Shown here: positions 21,892 to 33,093 of the stretch, in pieces | Position numbering within the stretch: the stretch's first letter is position 1 | How the letters are laid out: every line of letters starts with the position of its first letter | DNA from: Rhynchopus sp. YZ270_cl-10 | Lineage: Eukaryota | Length of the DNA: 64,000 nucleotides | Assembly (NCBI GenBank): GCA_964035575.1 | Contig: OZ037836.1 | Span: 1,550,001 to 1,614,000, forward strand | Reading direction: 5' to 3' | Program-made: the position numbers and the translations under genes | Notes under the pieces: generated by a model | Seen by the model: only the letters and a program-made list of their open reading frames with translations | The model's database searches: none | Told to the model about the DNA's origin: nothing

Positions 21892-23733
21892 ATGCAGCCA
21901 CCTCCGGACACTGTGAAGAAGCGAGGGCGTGGCATGGATATGGCCATGGGGATGGGCATGCCTGGTGCCGCAGTGCCGCTGTCTGCACAGACCGCTACAT
22001 CCACATCCACCTCCACACCCACACCACCACCCAAACGACGTCGCACCGATCCACCCCCGCCCCCTACCCCCGCCACCCCCGCCACCGGTGTCTTCGGTGA
22101 ACTCTGTGAGCTCGAACGCCTCGGGGAGCTTCCTGACAGCCAAAAGCCACTTCTGTCGAAGATGAGACTCCAATCGAAGCACTTCACCATCCCCGATGTT
22201 TTGGATATGCCCGCCCCCGGGTGGACCCTCGAGGTGGTCAAAGGCGGTGAGGTGCTGTCTGAGCAGCCCATCGACGGCGCGCCGTACTATTTGCTTGGAA
22301 AGGACACCAACTTAGTTGAAATTGGTGTCCTGCATCCGTCCACCTCCAGAGTGCACGCTGCGTTGTACTTCGTGGGTTCCGACATTTTTCTTGTGGATCT
22401 CGACTCAAAATATGGGAGTACCCTCAACCACACCAAACTGCCTCCAAAAACTCCGCAAAAACTCCGTTTTTTCCCAGAAGATGAATGGAACACCCTTCGT
22501 CCAGACGGAACCAAGGTGCGCAACGACTTTTTCTCCTTAGGAGCATCAGAGAGAACCTACCACATCATCCCTCCCGCACACCTTTACCCCACCAGCCGTG
22601 AACGCCGTGCCCAAGAAAAGGCTGCTGCACGCCGTGCCCAGCACAGCGCCCTCTTCAACGGCGATACTGGGGTGATCGGAGGGACCGAAGGGTTTGCTGT
22701 AGAAGCTGAGACAATCGGAGGTGCGGCATCTGAAGGGGGTGTACGTATCCCCACCACATCGAGCCCGCTTTTGAAAGATGAGAACATCGGTGAGGTACAC
22801 CACAATATATCGCAAGAACCGTCTAACAGCTCTATAGTAACCACACCAGAGGAACTGAGGACACCAAGCACCAACCCGCTTTTGGTTGCAGTACAGAAGA
22901 CGAGCACCGCAACAACCGCAGACACAACACCGTCAGAACCGACTGTACCACACAACGTTTCGACGACTACCCTACCGTCTGTTGCAGCGCCCTCCACCTC
23001 CACCTCCACCTCCACCTCATCATCCTCTTCACCAACGAACCCCGTCCACACCGTACCAAGTGCATCTCTTTGCCCCGCAGGCCCAGGGGAGGAGGAAGCT
23101 TTTGACGATGTATCTGATATGAGCGACGATGGCATGACGGTGTCTTCGCATAACGTATTCCAAAGAAAGGCGTTGGCTGCGAAGGTAGTGTCCGCTGTGG
23201 AACGCCACGCAGGCCCTCCCGACGAGAACGGAGAGCAGTGGGTTCCTCTGGAGGTGGTGCTGCACGGCATCGACGCAACGAAAGGGGATTTGAAGCTGCT
23301 GGCCCCTGGGAGCGAGGATTTTGTTCTGAAGAAGACGCGGAAAGGCTACGTGGTGGCGTTGGGTGCCGAAGCAATGATCGCAGCAGTCGAAAGGGCGTTG
23401 TGCATCACACCATGCGGCTCGGTCGAGGGTACTGCTGTGTACACTACAACAATGCGTGTTTGGAAGGCCACGAAATCCGCAGGTGGTCTGCGGGCAACAC
23501 CCCCGCAGAAGTACCTATATCTGTCCCCCCCCGGTGTGGAGGTAGAAGGCGGAGCTGCGGCGCAGGTCTTTATTTCCGTTGATATTGCGCGGGCTGCTGC
23601 CAGTGGTATTGCATTCTTCACCGCACAAACACCGTCCGGCCCAATGCTCCTCACAGAAGGAAGAAAAGGGGTTCTTAAAGCAAAGTTCTTTTCAAAGGTT
23701 GTCGGCCGATCCGGAGAAAGTTTGCAGAAATGA
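21892..23733 (+). CDS. FHA-domain protein with C-terminal degenerate Tpt1/KptA (tRNA 2'-phosphotransferase)-like domain
   Basis: FHA motifs (LEVVKGG, LLGK, HPSTSRVHA, LVDLDSKYGSTLN, LGASERTY); C-terminus RH...DENG..WV, GGL, VDIARA...GIAFF...LLTEG..G.L..KFF resembles Tpt1. Confidence 0.75.
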   Translation: MQPPPDTVKKRGRGMDMAMGMGMPGAAVPLSAQTATSTSTSTPTPPPKRRRTDPPPPPTPATPATGVFGELCELERLGELPDSQKPLLSKMRLQSKHFTIPDVLDMPAPGWTLEVVKGGEVLSEQPIDGAPYYLLGKDTNLVEIGVLHPSTSRVHAALYFVGSDIFLVDLDSKYGSTLNHTKLPPKTPQKLRFFPEDEWNTLRPDGTKVRNDFFSLGASERTYHIIPPAHLYPTSRERRAQEKAAARRAQHSALFNGDTGVIGGTEGFAVEAETIGGAASEGGVRIPTTSSPLLKDENIGEVHHNISQEPSNSSIVTTPEELRTPSTNPLLVAVQKTSTATTADTTPSEPTVPHNVSTTTLPSVAAPSTSTSTSTSSSSSPTNPVHTVPSASLCPAGPGEEEAFDDVSDMSDDGMTVSSHNVFQRKALAAKVVSAVERHAGPPDENGEQWVPLEVVLHGIDATKGDLKLLAPGSEDFVLKKTRKGYVVALGAEAMIAAVERALCITPCGSVEGTAVYTTTMRVWKATKSAGGLRATPPQKYLYLSPPGVEVEGGAAAQVFISVDIARAAASGIAFFTAQTPSGPMLLTEGRKGVLKAKFFSKVVGRSGESLQK

Positions 23734-24781
23734 AAGGGGAGGGGGTGGGGAAGGGTGAGGGTGAAGGTGCGGGTGGGATTTTTTTAGAAATACCACTACG
23801 ATCTTGTACATGACATGATTCATGTAGAATGTTCGCATGTAAAATAATGATGGGTAATGTGATTCTGTGGTCGATGTATCAGGTGATTTATTGTGTGGCA
23901 TGGTATCTCATTTCTTTTCAAGATTGTGGGGTGGGTGAGTTTAATATTTGCTAAAATTATCATAAAATGTTTGCATTTTTATTTTGTTTTGTGTGATCTG
24001 GGGTGGGGAAGCGTTCAGTATGTCAACCTCTCTCTCTCCTCGCCTTTGCCGTTTCGCAATCACTCCCCGACTGAGTGTGGGGGTGGGAATTGGCATACAG
24101 GGTAGTGGCGGTGTGGAGACACACAATGCAGATGACAAAGAGAGAGCGGTGTGGACTGCGCCGTCAAGTGGGGAGGGGGAGATGTTTTGTTGGAAAGAAA
24201 AATGAAAGGAAAAAGTAACCCCCACCCGCTTCAGCTCCTTTTCCCTATTATTTCGTACAAAGGGGGTGGAAGGGAGGGACCGTCCTTGGGTGTGGGAGGT
24301 GGAGGTGCACAGTGTTGTGAGTGTGGGGGGTTTGAGGGTGGCGCTTCCCTCGATCGTTTTGTGGAGATGATGGGAGGGGAAGCTGTGTCTGGCGGTGGGG
24401 TGCTTTCGTGCATTTGTCTGGCACCTCAGCTTGTCTGTGGTTGCAGCACGAGAGCACCTTTGGCGTTCTTCCTTGCGTGGGGTGGGTGGAGACAGCGTGG
24501 AGGCTGTGCGGGTTTCTTGTGCAGAACGGGGCAGGTAACGGTGCGTGAGAGGGGCAGGGGAAGGTGGGTTTGCTTTCGTGAGGAGGGAACGTCTGTGAAG
24601 GGCGCTGGTTCAGGGAGAGGGGGTGGAGAGGTGAGAGATCTGAAGTCGGGGGTTGTGGGTCGGGGAGAGGGACCCTTCTCCCCACAGCTTTTTTGAGAAG
24701 TTCTTGAAAAGGACTGCAGGCTTGTTGTCCTCCACCCCACCACCACACACAGAGATCAGAACACAAAACCACACCAAACAA

Positions 24782-25765
24782 ATGTACGTGCACTTCGAGG
24801 ATTTCAGAGCGAATCAGCACACAGTCGAGGTGGGTGAAGATGACACAGTGGAGGGCTTGCGGCGGAAGGTGGCGTCTGCAATGGGGTTGCCTGAAGACAG
24901 CTTTTGCATGAGTTTCGGAGACGAAGCGATGGGAGAAGGAGCGGACATGACGCAGCTGAGTGCTGGTGACACAATCATCCTCACGAAGTCGCAGAAGCAA
25001 CAAGCCATTGCAGAGCTTCATGCGTTGGGTGTGACCGACATCACAGCCGAGAAGTTGGAGAGCGTGAAGGATCCTGAGGTGGCGTGTTTGCTTCTGCAGG
25101 CGGAGGTTGCGACTGTCATTCCGAATGGGTTCTTGGCAGGCACTTCGTTGACGAGACTTGATCTCAGTGCTGAGTCCATTGTGACTCACATTGGAGACTT
25201 CTTCCTGGCCCACTGCATCTCGTTGACAAGTATCGATCTCTCTGGGTTGAGCAATGTGACGCAGGTTGGTGCGGGATTACTTTTCAAGTGCAGCAGCTTA
25301 ACGACCCTGGATTTATCACCACTCAGCAGGATTACGCAGATTAATGAACACTTTCTTGATGGATGCGAGAGCTTAACGACCCTCAATTTATCACCACTCA
25401 GCAATGTGACGGAGGTTGGTGCGTGCTTCCTTGCGTTCTGCAGAACCTTAGCAACCCTGGATTTAACTCCACTCGCAAATGTGACTGAAGTTGGTCCGGG
25501 CTTCCTTGAGTACTGCGAGAGCTTAACAACCCTGGATTTGTCGCCACTCAGCAATCTGACGCATATTCGTAGCTGTTATATAGGCACAACGTTTGCTGCG
25601 GGCTGCACTTCATTGACGAGCATTTACCTTTCCGGCTGCAGCAGTGTTGTGTCCAACGAAGTGAGGAACGGCAGGCTGAGTAAGCTTGTGGTTGAAGCAC
25701 GTCCGAAACGAAGCAGAGACGAATCCCCCGAGCAAAGCCAGAAGCGACAGAGACACGCACAATGA
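24782..25765 (+). CDS. Ubl-LRR protein 2 (327 aa, 7 LRRs, NLS-like tail)
   Basis: Intact ORF from the conserved ATG; 25-aa repeats FLxxCxSLTTLDLSPLSNVTQVG. Confidence 0.9.
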   Translation: MYVHFEDFRANQHTVEVGEDDTVEGLRRKVASAMGLPEDSFCMSFGDEAMGEGADMTQLSAGDTIILTKSQKQQAIAELHALGVTDITAEKLESVKDPEVACLLLQAEVATVIPNGFLAGTSLTRLDLSAESIVTHIGDFFLAHCISLTSIDLSGLSNVTQVGAGLLFKCSSLTTLDLSPLSRITQINEHFLDGCESLTTLNLSPLSNVTEVGACFLAFCRTLATLDLTPLANVTEVGPGFLEYCESLTTLDLSPLSNLTHIRSCYIGTTFAAGCTSLTSIYLSGCSSVVSNEVRNGRLSKLVVEARPKRSRDESPEQSQKRQRHAQ

Positions 25766-26093
25766 CGACGTGGTGTGTTGGTGGCAGGGCAGCACCTCCC
25801 CGAGGTGGAGGGTCTCTGGCAGTATGTCTGCTTGCGTCCTCTGGTTCGGAGAAGAAGAGGGGCACAGTCTTGCTCACCGTGGCACAGACTACTACTTGGT
25901 GCGAGAGGAGAGCTGTGCTGAGCAAGACGTTCCACACATTGTGTTATGTTACGCTGTGTCCCCATTGTGAAGCTTTCTTTTCACTCCTCTGCCTTTTAGG
26001 CTTCACCCCTTTTTATTGACGTTCTCTCGCTCATTGGGCACGGTTCCCGCTTTATACAGAGGGGATTGAGAAAGCGGTGGGGGACACCCTGAC

Positions 26094-26959
26094 GGACACC
26101 AAGCACCAACCCGCTTTTGGTTGCAGTACAGAAGACGAACACCGCAACAACCGCAGACACAACACCGTCAGAACCGACTGTACCACACAACGTTTCGACG
26201 GCGACCCTACCGTCTGTTGCAGCGCCCTCCACCTCCACCTCATCATCCTCTTCACCAACGAACCCCGTCCACACCGCACCAGTCAGTGCATCTCTTTGCC
26301 CCGCAGGCCCAGGGGAGGAGGAAGCTTTTGACGATGTATCTGATATGAGCGACGATGGCATGACGGTGTCTTCGCATAACGTATTCCAAAGAAAGGCGTT
26401 GGCTGCGAAGGTAGTGTCCGCTGTGGAACGCCACGCAGGCCCTCCCGACGAGAACGGAGAGCAGTGGGTTCCTCTGGAGGTGGTGCTGCACGGCATCGAC
26501 GCAACGAAAGGGGATTTGAAGCTGCTGGCCCCTGGGAGCGAGGATTTTGTTCTGAAGAAGACGCGGAAAGGCTACGTGGTGGCGTTAGGTGCCGAAGCAA
26601 TGATCGCAGCAGCCGAGAGGGCGCTGTGCATCACACCATGCGGCTCTGTCGAGGGCACTGCTGTGTACCCTACAACAATGCGCGTTTGGAAGGCCACGAA
26701 ATCCGCAGGTGGTCTGCGGGCAACACCCCCGCAGAAGTACCTATATCTGTCCCCCCCCGGTGTGGAGGTAGAAGGCGGAGCTGCGGCGCAGGTCTTTATT
26801 TCCGTTGATATTGCGCGGGCTGCTGCCAGTGGTATTGCATTCTTCACCGCACAAACACCGTCCGGCCCAATGCTCCTCACAGAAGGAAGAAAAGGGGTTC
26901 TTAAAGCAAAGTTCTTTTCAAAGGTTGTCGGCCGATCCGGAGAAAGTTTGCAGAAATGA
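26094..26959 (+). pseudogene. 5'-truncated duplicate of the FHA/Tpt1-like gene (lacks FHA)
   Basis: Near-identical to about 22858-23733; homology starts abruptly mid-gene, no native start. Confidence 0.8.
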
Positions 26960-28102
26960 AAGGGGAGGGGGTGGGGAAGGGTGAAGGTGAAGGTGCGGGT
27001 GGGGTGAGTTTAGTATTGACTGAGAGTATCAGAATGTTTACGTTTTTATTGAAAGTTTGGTTGTATTAGTGCAGACACCCCAGGATGAACTCCACTATAA
27101 TTTTATTGTTTTTGTAACAAACGAGAATCGTCATAAGAAGATAAAACTCTGTTTTCTTGGATAGATGTTTTGCAGAATGACTCCCAATACTCATTCACTC
27201 AGGGACATTAATTCGAGGGATCAACGGAAAAACTCTCTCTCCCTTTTTCCTTGTTTTTGTTTATTTTTCACTGAAAATCTATTTAAAAAAAAGGAAGAGT
27301 TTTATTTTGTGTGATCTGGGGTGGGGAAGCGTTCAGTATGTCAGCCTCTTTCTCTCCTCGCCTTTGCCGTTTCGCAATCACTCCCCGACTGAGTGTGGGG
27401 GTGCGAATTGGCATACAGGGTAGTGGCGGTGTGGAGACACACAATGCAGATGACAAAGAGAGAGCGGTGTGGACTGCGCCGTCAAGTGGGGAGGGGGAGA
27501 TGTTTTGTTGGAAAGAAAAATGAAAGAGAAAAGTAACCCCCACCCGCTTCAGCTCCTTTTCCCTATTATTTCGTACAAAGGGGGTGGAAGGGAGGGACCG
27601 TCCTTGGGTGTGGGAGGTGGAGGTGCACAGTGTTGTGAGTGTGGGGGGTTTGGGTGTGGCGCTTCCCTCGATCGTTTTGTGGAGATGATGGGAGGGGAAG
27701 CTGTGTCTGGCGGTGGGGTGCTTTCGTGCATTTGTCTGGCACCTCAGCTTGTCTGTGGTTGCAGCACGAGAGCACCTTTGGCGTTCTTCCTTGCGTGGGG
27801 TGGGTGGAGACAGCGTGGAGGCTGTGCGGGTTTCTTGTGCAGAACGGGGCAGGTAACGGTGCGTGAGAGGGGCAGGGGAAGGTGGGTTTGCTTTCGTGAG
27901 GAGGGAACGTCTGTGAAGGGCGCTGGTTCAGGGAGAGGGGGTGGAGAGGTGAGAGATCTGAAGTCGGGGGTTGTGGGTCGGGGAGAGGGACCCTTCTCCC
28001 CACAGCTTCTTTGACAAGCTTCTTGAAAAGTACTGCAGTCTTGTTGTCCTCCACACCCCACCACCACACACAGAGATCAGAACACAAAACCACAACAAAG
28101 AC

Positions 28103-29017
28103 ATGGACGTGAACATCAAGGGATTCGACACGAATCAGCACACAGTCGAGGTGGGTGAAGATGACACAGTGGAGGGCTTGCGGCGGAAGGTGGCGACTGC
28201 AATGGGGTTGCCTGAAGACAGCTTTTGCATGAGTTTCGGCGGCGAACCGATGGGAGAAGGAGCGGACATGACGCAGCTGAGTGCTGGTGACACAATCATC
28301 CTCACGAAGACGAAGAAGTACGAAGCCATTGCAGAGCTTCATGCGTTGGGTGTGACCGACATCACATCCAAGAAGTTGAAGAGGGTGAAGGATCCTGAGG
28401 TGGCGTGTTTGCTTCTGCAGGCGGAGGTTACGACTGTCATTCCGGATTGGTTCTTGTCGTGCACTTCGTTGACGAGACTTGATCTCAGTGCTGAGTCCAT
28501 TGTGACTCGCATTGGAGACAGGTTCCTGTACGACTGCAACTCGTTGACAAGTATCAACCTGTCTGGGTTGAGCAATGTGACGCAGGTGGGTGCGGGGTTC
28601 CTTTCGAGCTGCAGCAACTTGACGACCCTCGATTTGTCACCACTCAGCAATGTTTCGAAGATTTATGGCTACTTTCTTTTCGACTGCAAGAGCTTAACCA
28701 ACATCGATTTATCTCCACTCCTCAACGTGACGCAGGTGGGTAAATATTTCCTCACGAACTGCAGCAGCTTAACAACCCTGGATTTGTCGCCACTCAACAA
28801 TGTGACGTCGATTGATTTGTGTAGTTATACTAGTACTACGCAATTTGCTGAGGACTGCACTTCGTTGACGAGCATTTACCTTTCCGGCTGCAGCAGTGTT
28901 GTGTCCGACGAAGTGAGGAACGGCGAGCTGAGTAAGCTTGTGGTTGAAGCACGTCCGAAACGAAGCAGAGACGAATCCCCCGAACAAAGCCAGAAGCGAC
29001 GTCGACACGCACAATGA
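28103..29017 (+). CDS. Ubl-LRR protein 3 (304 aa, 6 LRRs)
   Basis: Intact ORF, same architecture. Confidence 0.9.
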   Translation: MDVNIKGFDTNQHTVEVGEDDTVEGLRRKVATAMGLPEDSFCMSFGGEPMGEGADMTQLSAGDTIILTKTKKYEAIAELHALGVTDITSKKLKRVKDPEVACLLLQAEVTTVIPDWFLSCTSLTRLDLSAESIVTRIGDRFLYDCNSLTSINLSGLSNVTQVGAGFLSSCSNLTTLDLSPLSNVSKIYGYFLFDCKSLTNIDLSPLLNVTQVGKYFLTNCSSLTTLDLSPLNNVTSIDLCSYTSTTQFAEDCTSLTSIYLSGCSSVVSDEVRNGELSKLVVEARPKRSRDESPEQSQKRRRHAQ

Positions 29018-29915
29018 CGACGTGGTGTGTTGGTGGCAGGGCAGCACCTCCCCGAGGTGGAGGGTCTCTGGCAGTATGTCTGCTTGCGTCCTCTGGTTCG
29101 GAGAAGAAGAGGGTCACAGTCTTGCTCACCGTGGCACAGACTACTACTTGGTGCGAGAGGAGAGCTGTGCTGAGCAAGACGTTCCACACATTGTGTTATG
29201 TTACGCTGTGTCCCCATTGCGAAGCTTTCTTTTCACTCCTCTGCCTTTTAGGCTTTACCCCTTTTTTATTGATGTTTTGTCACTCAATGACTCTATTTCT
29301 GTTTTGCCTTTTTGCATGCTACAGGAGGATTGGCCACTCCAATATGCATGAAGTTGTTTACTCTTTTGTCCCGAAGGTCAACACGAGAGCTTCTGCAGGG
29401 TCTGCTGAAGGACGTTCACGTGGGTGACTCAATATGGGACTTTACTGCAGACATGTTTATGTAATGCAGCAGAAACGCCTTGTACAGATACAAGCAAATC
29501 CCCAAAACAAAATATTAGAGAACGAGGATTCTGACACCTCCTGCAAAGCGTACTCCTTCTATTTGCTCTCTTTTAAGGATCCTGTGAAGACAGCATTGTG
29601 CCTGCTATCTAGTGATAGTAGTTTAGTGTCAAACAAAATTGTGTTACGCTGTGCTGCAAAAGAATCCCCACAAAAACCCATGTCTTATTAATTACAACGT
29701 ACCTCCCCGCCCAACCCCCTTTTTTTCTGTAATTCATCACTCTGAACTCGTTGACACCACGTGGTCTTTCACTGTCTTCTCGGTAGCTTGCACGAAGAGG
29801 TGTGAGGTGTGATGACGGAGGCGAGTGGCTTCCGTTGTGTGCTCTGATGCACTGATGTCGTGCTTTTACTTGATGGTGTGACTGGGGGGACTGAGGGGGG
29901 AGGACGCGCTTTGCT

Positions 29916-30005
29916 GTGCTTGGGGTGCTTGGGGTGCTTGGGGTGCTTGGGGTGCTTGGGGTGCTTGGGGTGCTTGGGGTGCTTGGGGTGCTTGGGGTGC
30001 TTGGG
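29916..30005. repeat. 9-bp tandem repeat (GTGCTTGGG)x10
   Basis: Read directly; 2 and 3 copies at the paralogous sites near 21117 and 35099. Confidence 0.95.
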
Positions 30006-30759
30006 GTGTGGAGTCAACTCTTGTGCTATGCTGGAGGAAGGGATGTGGGAGGTGGAGGTGCACAGTGTTGTGAGTGTGGGGGGTTTGGGTGTGGCGCTTC
30101 CCTCGATCGTTTTGTGGTGATGATGGGAGGGGAAGCTGTGTCTGGCGGTGGGGGTGCTTTCGTGCATTTGTCTGGCACCTCAGCTTGTCTGTGGTTGCAG
30201 CACGAGAGCACCTTTGGCGTTCTTCCTTGCGTGGGGTGGGTGGAGACAGCGTGGAGGCTGTGCGGGTTTCTTGTGCAGAACGTGGCAGGTAACGGTGCGT
30301 GAGAGGGGCAGGGGAAGGTGGGTTTGCTTTCGTGAGGAGGGAACGTCTGTGAAGGGCGCTGGTTCAGGGAGAGGGGGTGGAGAGGAGAGAGATCTGAAGT
30401 CGGGGGTTGTGGGTTGGGGAGAGGGACAGTGGGCATCGTTGTGTTGCATATCCTTGGATGTGTGCTGAGACAACGTTTGCGAAGTTGTCATTTCGGTGTT
30501 CCGTTTTACCCCTAACACCTGGCCCTTATTTCACCTGAACTGTGCCTATGTTAGTCATACGTTTGAAACACATGTGCACACAATCAAAAACCTTTCCCCC
30601 CTAAATTTCAAGGGCACAAACGGCACATGGTATTGCACTTTTGAACCCCTTCTCCCCACAGTGTTGGTGGGTAAGGTTCTTGAAAGCGACGGCAGGCTTG
30701 TTGTCCTCCACACCCCACCACCACACACAGAGATCAGAACACAAAACCACAACAAACAA

Positions 30760-33093
30760 ATGGACGTGAACATCAAGGGTTTCGACACGAATCAGCACAC
30801 AGTCGAGCTGGGTGCAGATGACACAGTGGAGGGCTTGCGGCGGAAGGTGGCGACTGCAATGGGGTTGCCTGAAGACAGCTTTTGCATGAGTTTCGGAGGC
30901 GAAGCGATGGGAGAAGGAGCGGACATGACGCAGCTGAGTGCTGGTGACACAATCATCCTCACGAAGACGAAGAAGTACGAAGCCATTGCAGAGCTTCATG
31001 CGTTGGGTGTGACCGACATCACAGCCGAGAAGTTGGAGAGTGTGGAGGATCCACAGGTGGCGTGTTTGCTTCTGCAGGCGGAGGTTGCGACTGTCATTCC
31101 TGATGGCTTCTTGGGACGCACTTCGTTGACGAGACTTGATCTCAGCGCTGTGTCCATTGTGACTCGCATTGGAGACGGCTTCCTGTACCACTGCACCTCG
31201 TTGACAAGTATCGACATCTCTGGGTTGAGCAATGTTACGGAGGTTGGTAAGTGTTTCCTTCACAACTCCTTCAGGTTAACTACCCTGGATTTGTCGCCAC
31301 TCAGCAGGATGACGCAGATTAATGACAACTTTCTTGTCGGATGCGAGAGCTTAACGACCCTCGATTTATCTCCACTCAGCTGTGCGATGCAGGTTGGTGA
31401 GTGCTTCCTTCAGAACTGCAGCAGCCTAACGACCCTCAATTTATCACCACTCAGCAATGTGATGCAGGTTGGTGCGTGCTTCCTTCAGAACTGCAGCAGC
31501 TTAACGACCCTCGAGTTGTCGCCACTCAGTAGGATTACACAAATTGATGACAGCTTTCTTCGCTTCTGCGAGAGCTTAACGACCCTCGATTTATCTCCAC
31601 TCAGCTGTGCGATGCAGGTTGGTGAGTGCTTCCTGGCAGAGTGCACGAGCTTAACGACCCTCGATTTATCACAGCTCAGCAATGTGACGCAGGTTGGTGA
31701 AGGGTTCCTTACGAACTGCAGCAACTTAACGACCCTGGATTTGTCGCCATTCAGCAGGATTACGCAGATTGATAAGTTCTTTCTTACCGGATGCGAGAGC
31801 TTAGCGACCCTCAATTTATCATCACTCAGCAATGTGACGCAGGTTGGTGCGGGCTTCCTTCAGAACTGTAGGAGCTTAACGACCCTGGATTTATCTCCAC
31901 TCAGCAGGATTACGCAGATTGATAAGTACTTTCTTAACGGATGCGAGAGCTTAACGACCCTCAATTTATCACCACTCAGCAATGTGACGCAGGTTGGTGC
32001 GTGCTTCCTTCAGAACTGTAGGAGCTTAACTACCCTCAATTTATCACCACTCAGCAATGTGACGCAGGTTGGTGCGGGCTTCCTTCAGTACTGCAGGAGC
32101 TTAACGACCCTGGATTTATCTCCACTCAGCAGGATGACGCAGATTGATAAGTACTTTCTTTCCGGTTGCGTGAGCTTAACGACCCTCAATTTATCACCAC
32201 TCAGCAATGTGACGCAGGTTGGTGCGTGCTTCCTTCAGAACTGCAGGAGCTTAACGGCCCTCAATTTATCTCCACTCAGCAATGTGACGCAGGTTGGTGA
32301 GTGCTTCCTTCAGAACTGCAGCAGCTTAACGACCCTCGAGTTGTCGCCACTCAGCAGGATTACGCAGATTGATGACAACTTTCTTCGCTTCTGCGAGAGC
32401 TTAACGACCCTCGATTTATCTCCACTCAGCTGTGCGATGCAGGTTGGTGAGTGCTTCCTGGCAGAGTGCACGAGCTTAACGACCCTCGATTTATCACAGC
32501 TCAGCAATGTGACGCAGGTTGGTGCAGGGTTCCTTACGAACTGCAGCAACTTAACGACCCTGGATTTGTCGCCACTCAGCAGGATTACGCAGATTGATAA
32601 CTACTTTCTTGACAGATGCCAAAGCTTAACTACCCTCGATTTATCTGCACTCAGCAATGTGACGCAGGTTGGTGAAGGGTTCCTTACGAACTGCAGCAAC
32701 TTAACGACCCTGGATTTGTCGCCATTCAGCAGGATTACGCAGATTGATAAGTTCTTTCTTACCGGATGCGAGAGCTTAACGACCCTCAATTTATCACCAC
32801 TCGGCAATGTGACGCAGGTTGGTGCGGGCTTCCTTCAGTACTGCAGGAGCTTAACGACCCTCAATTTATCTCCACTCAGCAATGTGACGTCTATTCGTGT
32901 GTTATTTGGAGTTACGCATTTTGTTGCGGACTGCACTTCGTTGACTAGCATTTACCTTTCCGGCTGCAGCAGTGTTGTGTCCAACGAAGTGAGGAACGGC
33001 AGGCTGAGTAAGCTTGTGGTTGAAGCACGTCCGAAACGAAGCAGAGACGAATCCCCCGAGCAAAGCCAGAAGCGACGTCGACACGCACAATGA
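30760..33093 (+). CDS. Ubl-LRR protein 4 (777 aa, about 25 LRRs)
   Basis: Intact ORF; 75-bp periodicity; internal block duplication. Confidence 0.9.
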   Translation: MDVNIKGFDTNQHTVELGADDTVEGLRRKVATAMGLPEDSFCMSFGGEAMGEGADMTQLSAGDTIILTKTKKYEAIAELHALGVTDITAEKLESVEDPQVACLLLQAEVATVIPDGFLGRTSLTRLDLSAVSIVTRIGDGFLYHCTSLTSIDISGLSNVTEVGKCFLHNSFRLTTLDLSPLSRMTQINDNFLVGCESLTTLDLSPLSCAMQVGECFLQNCSSLTTLNLSPLSNVMQVGACFLQNCSSLTTLELSPLSRITQIDDSFLRFCESLTTLDLSPLSCAMQVGECFLAECTSLTTLDLSQLSNVTQVGEGFLTNCSNLTTLDLSPFSRITQIDKFFLTGCESLATLNLSSLSNVTQVGAGFLQNCRSLTTLDLSPLSRITQIDKYFLNGCESLTTLNLSPLSNVTQVGACFLQNCRSLTTLNLSPLSNVTQVGAGFLQYCRSLTTLDLSPLSRMTQIDKYFLSGCVSLTTLNLSPLSNVTQVGACFLQNCRSLTALNLSPLSNVTQVGECFLQNCSSLTTLELSPLSRITQIDDNFLRFCESLTTLDLSPLSCAMQVGECFLAECTSLTTLDLSQLSNVTQVGAGFLTNCSNLTTLDLSPLSRITQIDNYFLDRCQSLTTLDLSALSNVTQVGEGFLTNCSNLTTLDLSPFSRITQIDKFFLTGCESLTTLNLSPLGNVTQVGAGFLQYCRSLTTLNLSPLSNVTSIRVLFGVTHFVADCTSLTSIYLSGCSSVVSNEVRNGRLSKLVVEARPKRSRDESPEQSQKRRRHAQ

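Noticed and set aside
24653..24781. N-terminal extensions of Ubl-LRR ORFs in the track (also 19337, 27971, 30496, 49214)
   Set aside because: Non-ATG starts upstream of the conserved acceptor/ATG (or inside the insert for 19337); not conserved across paralogs
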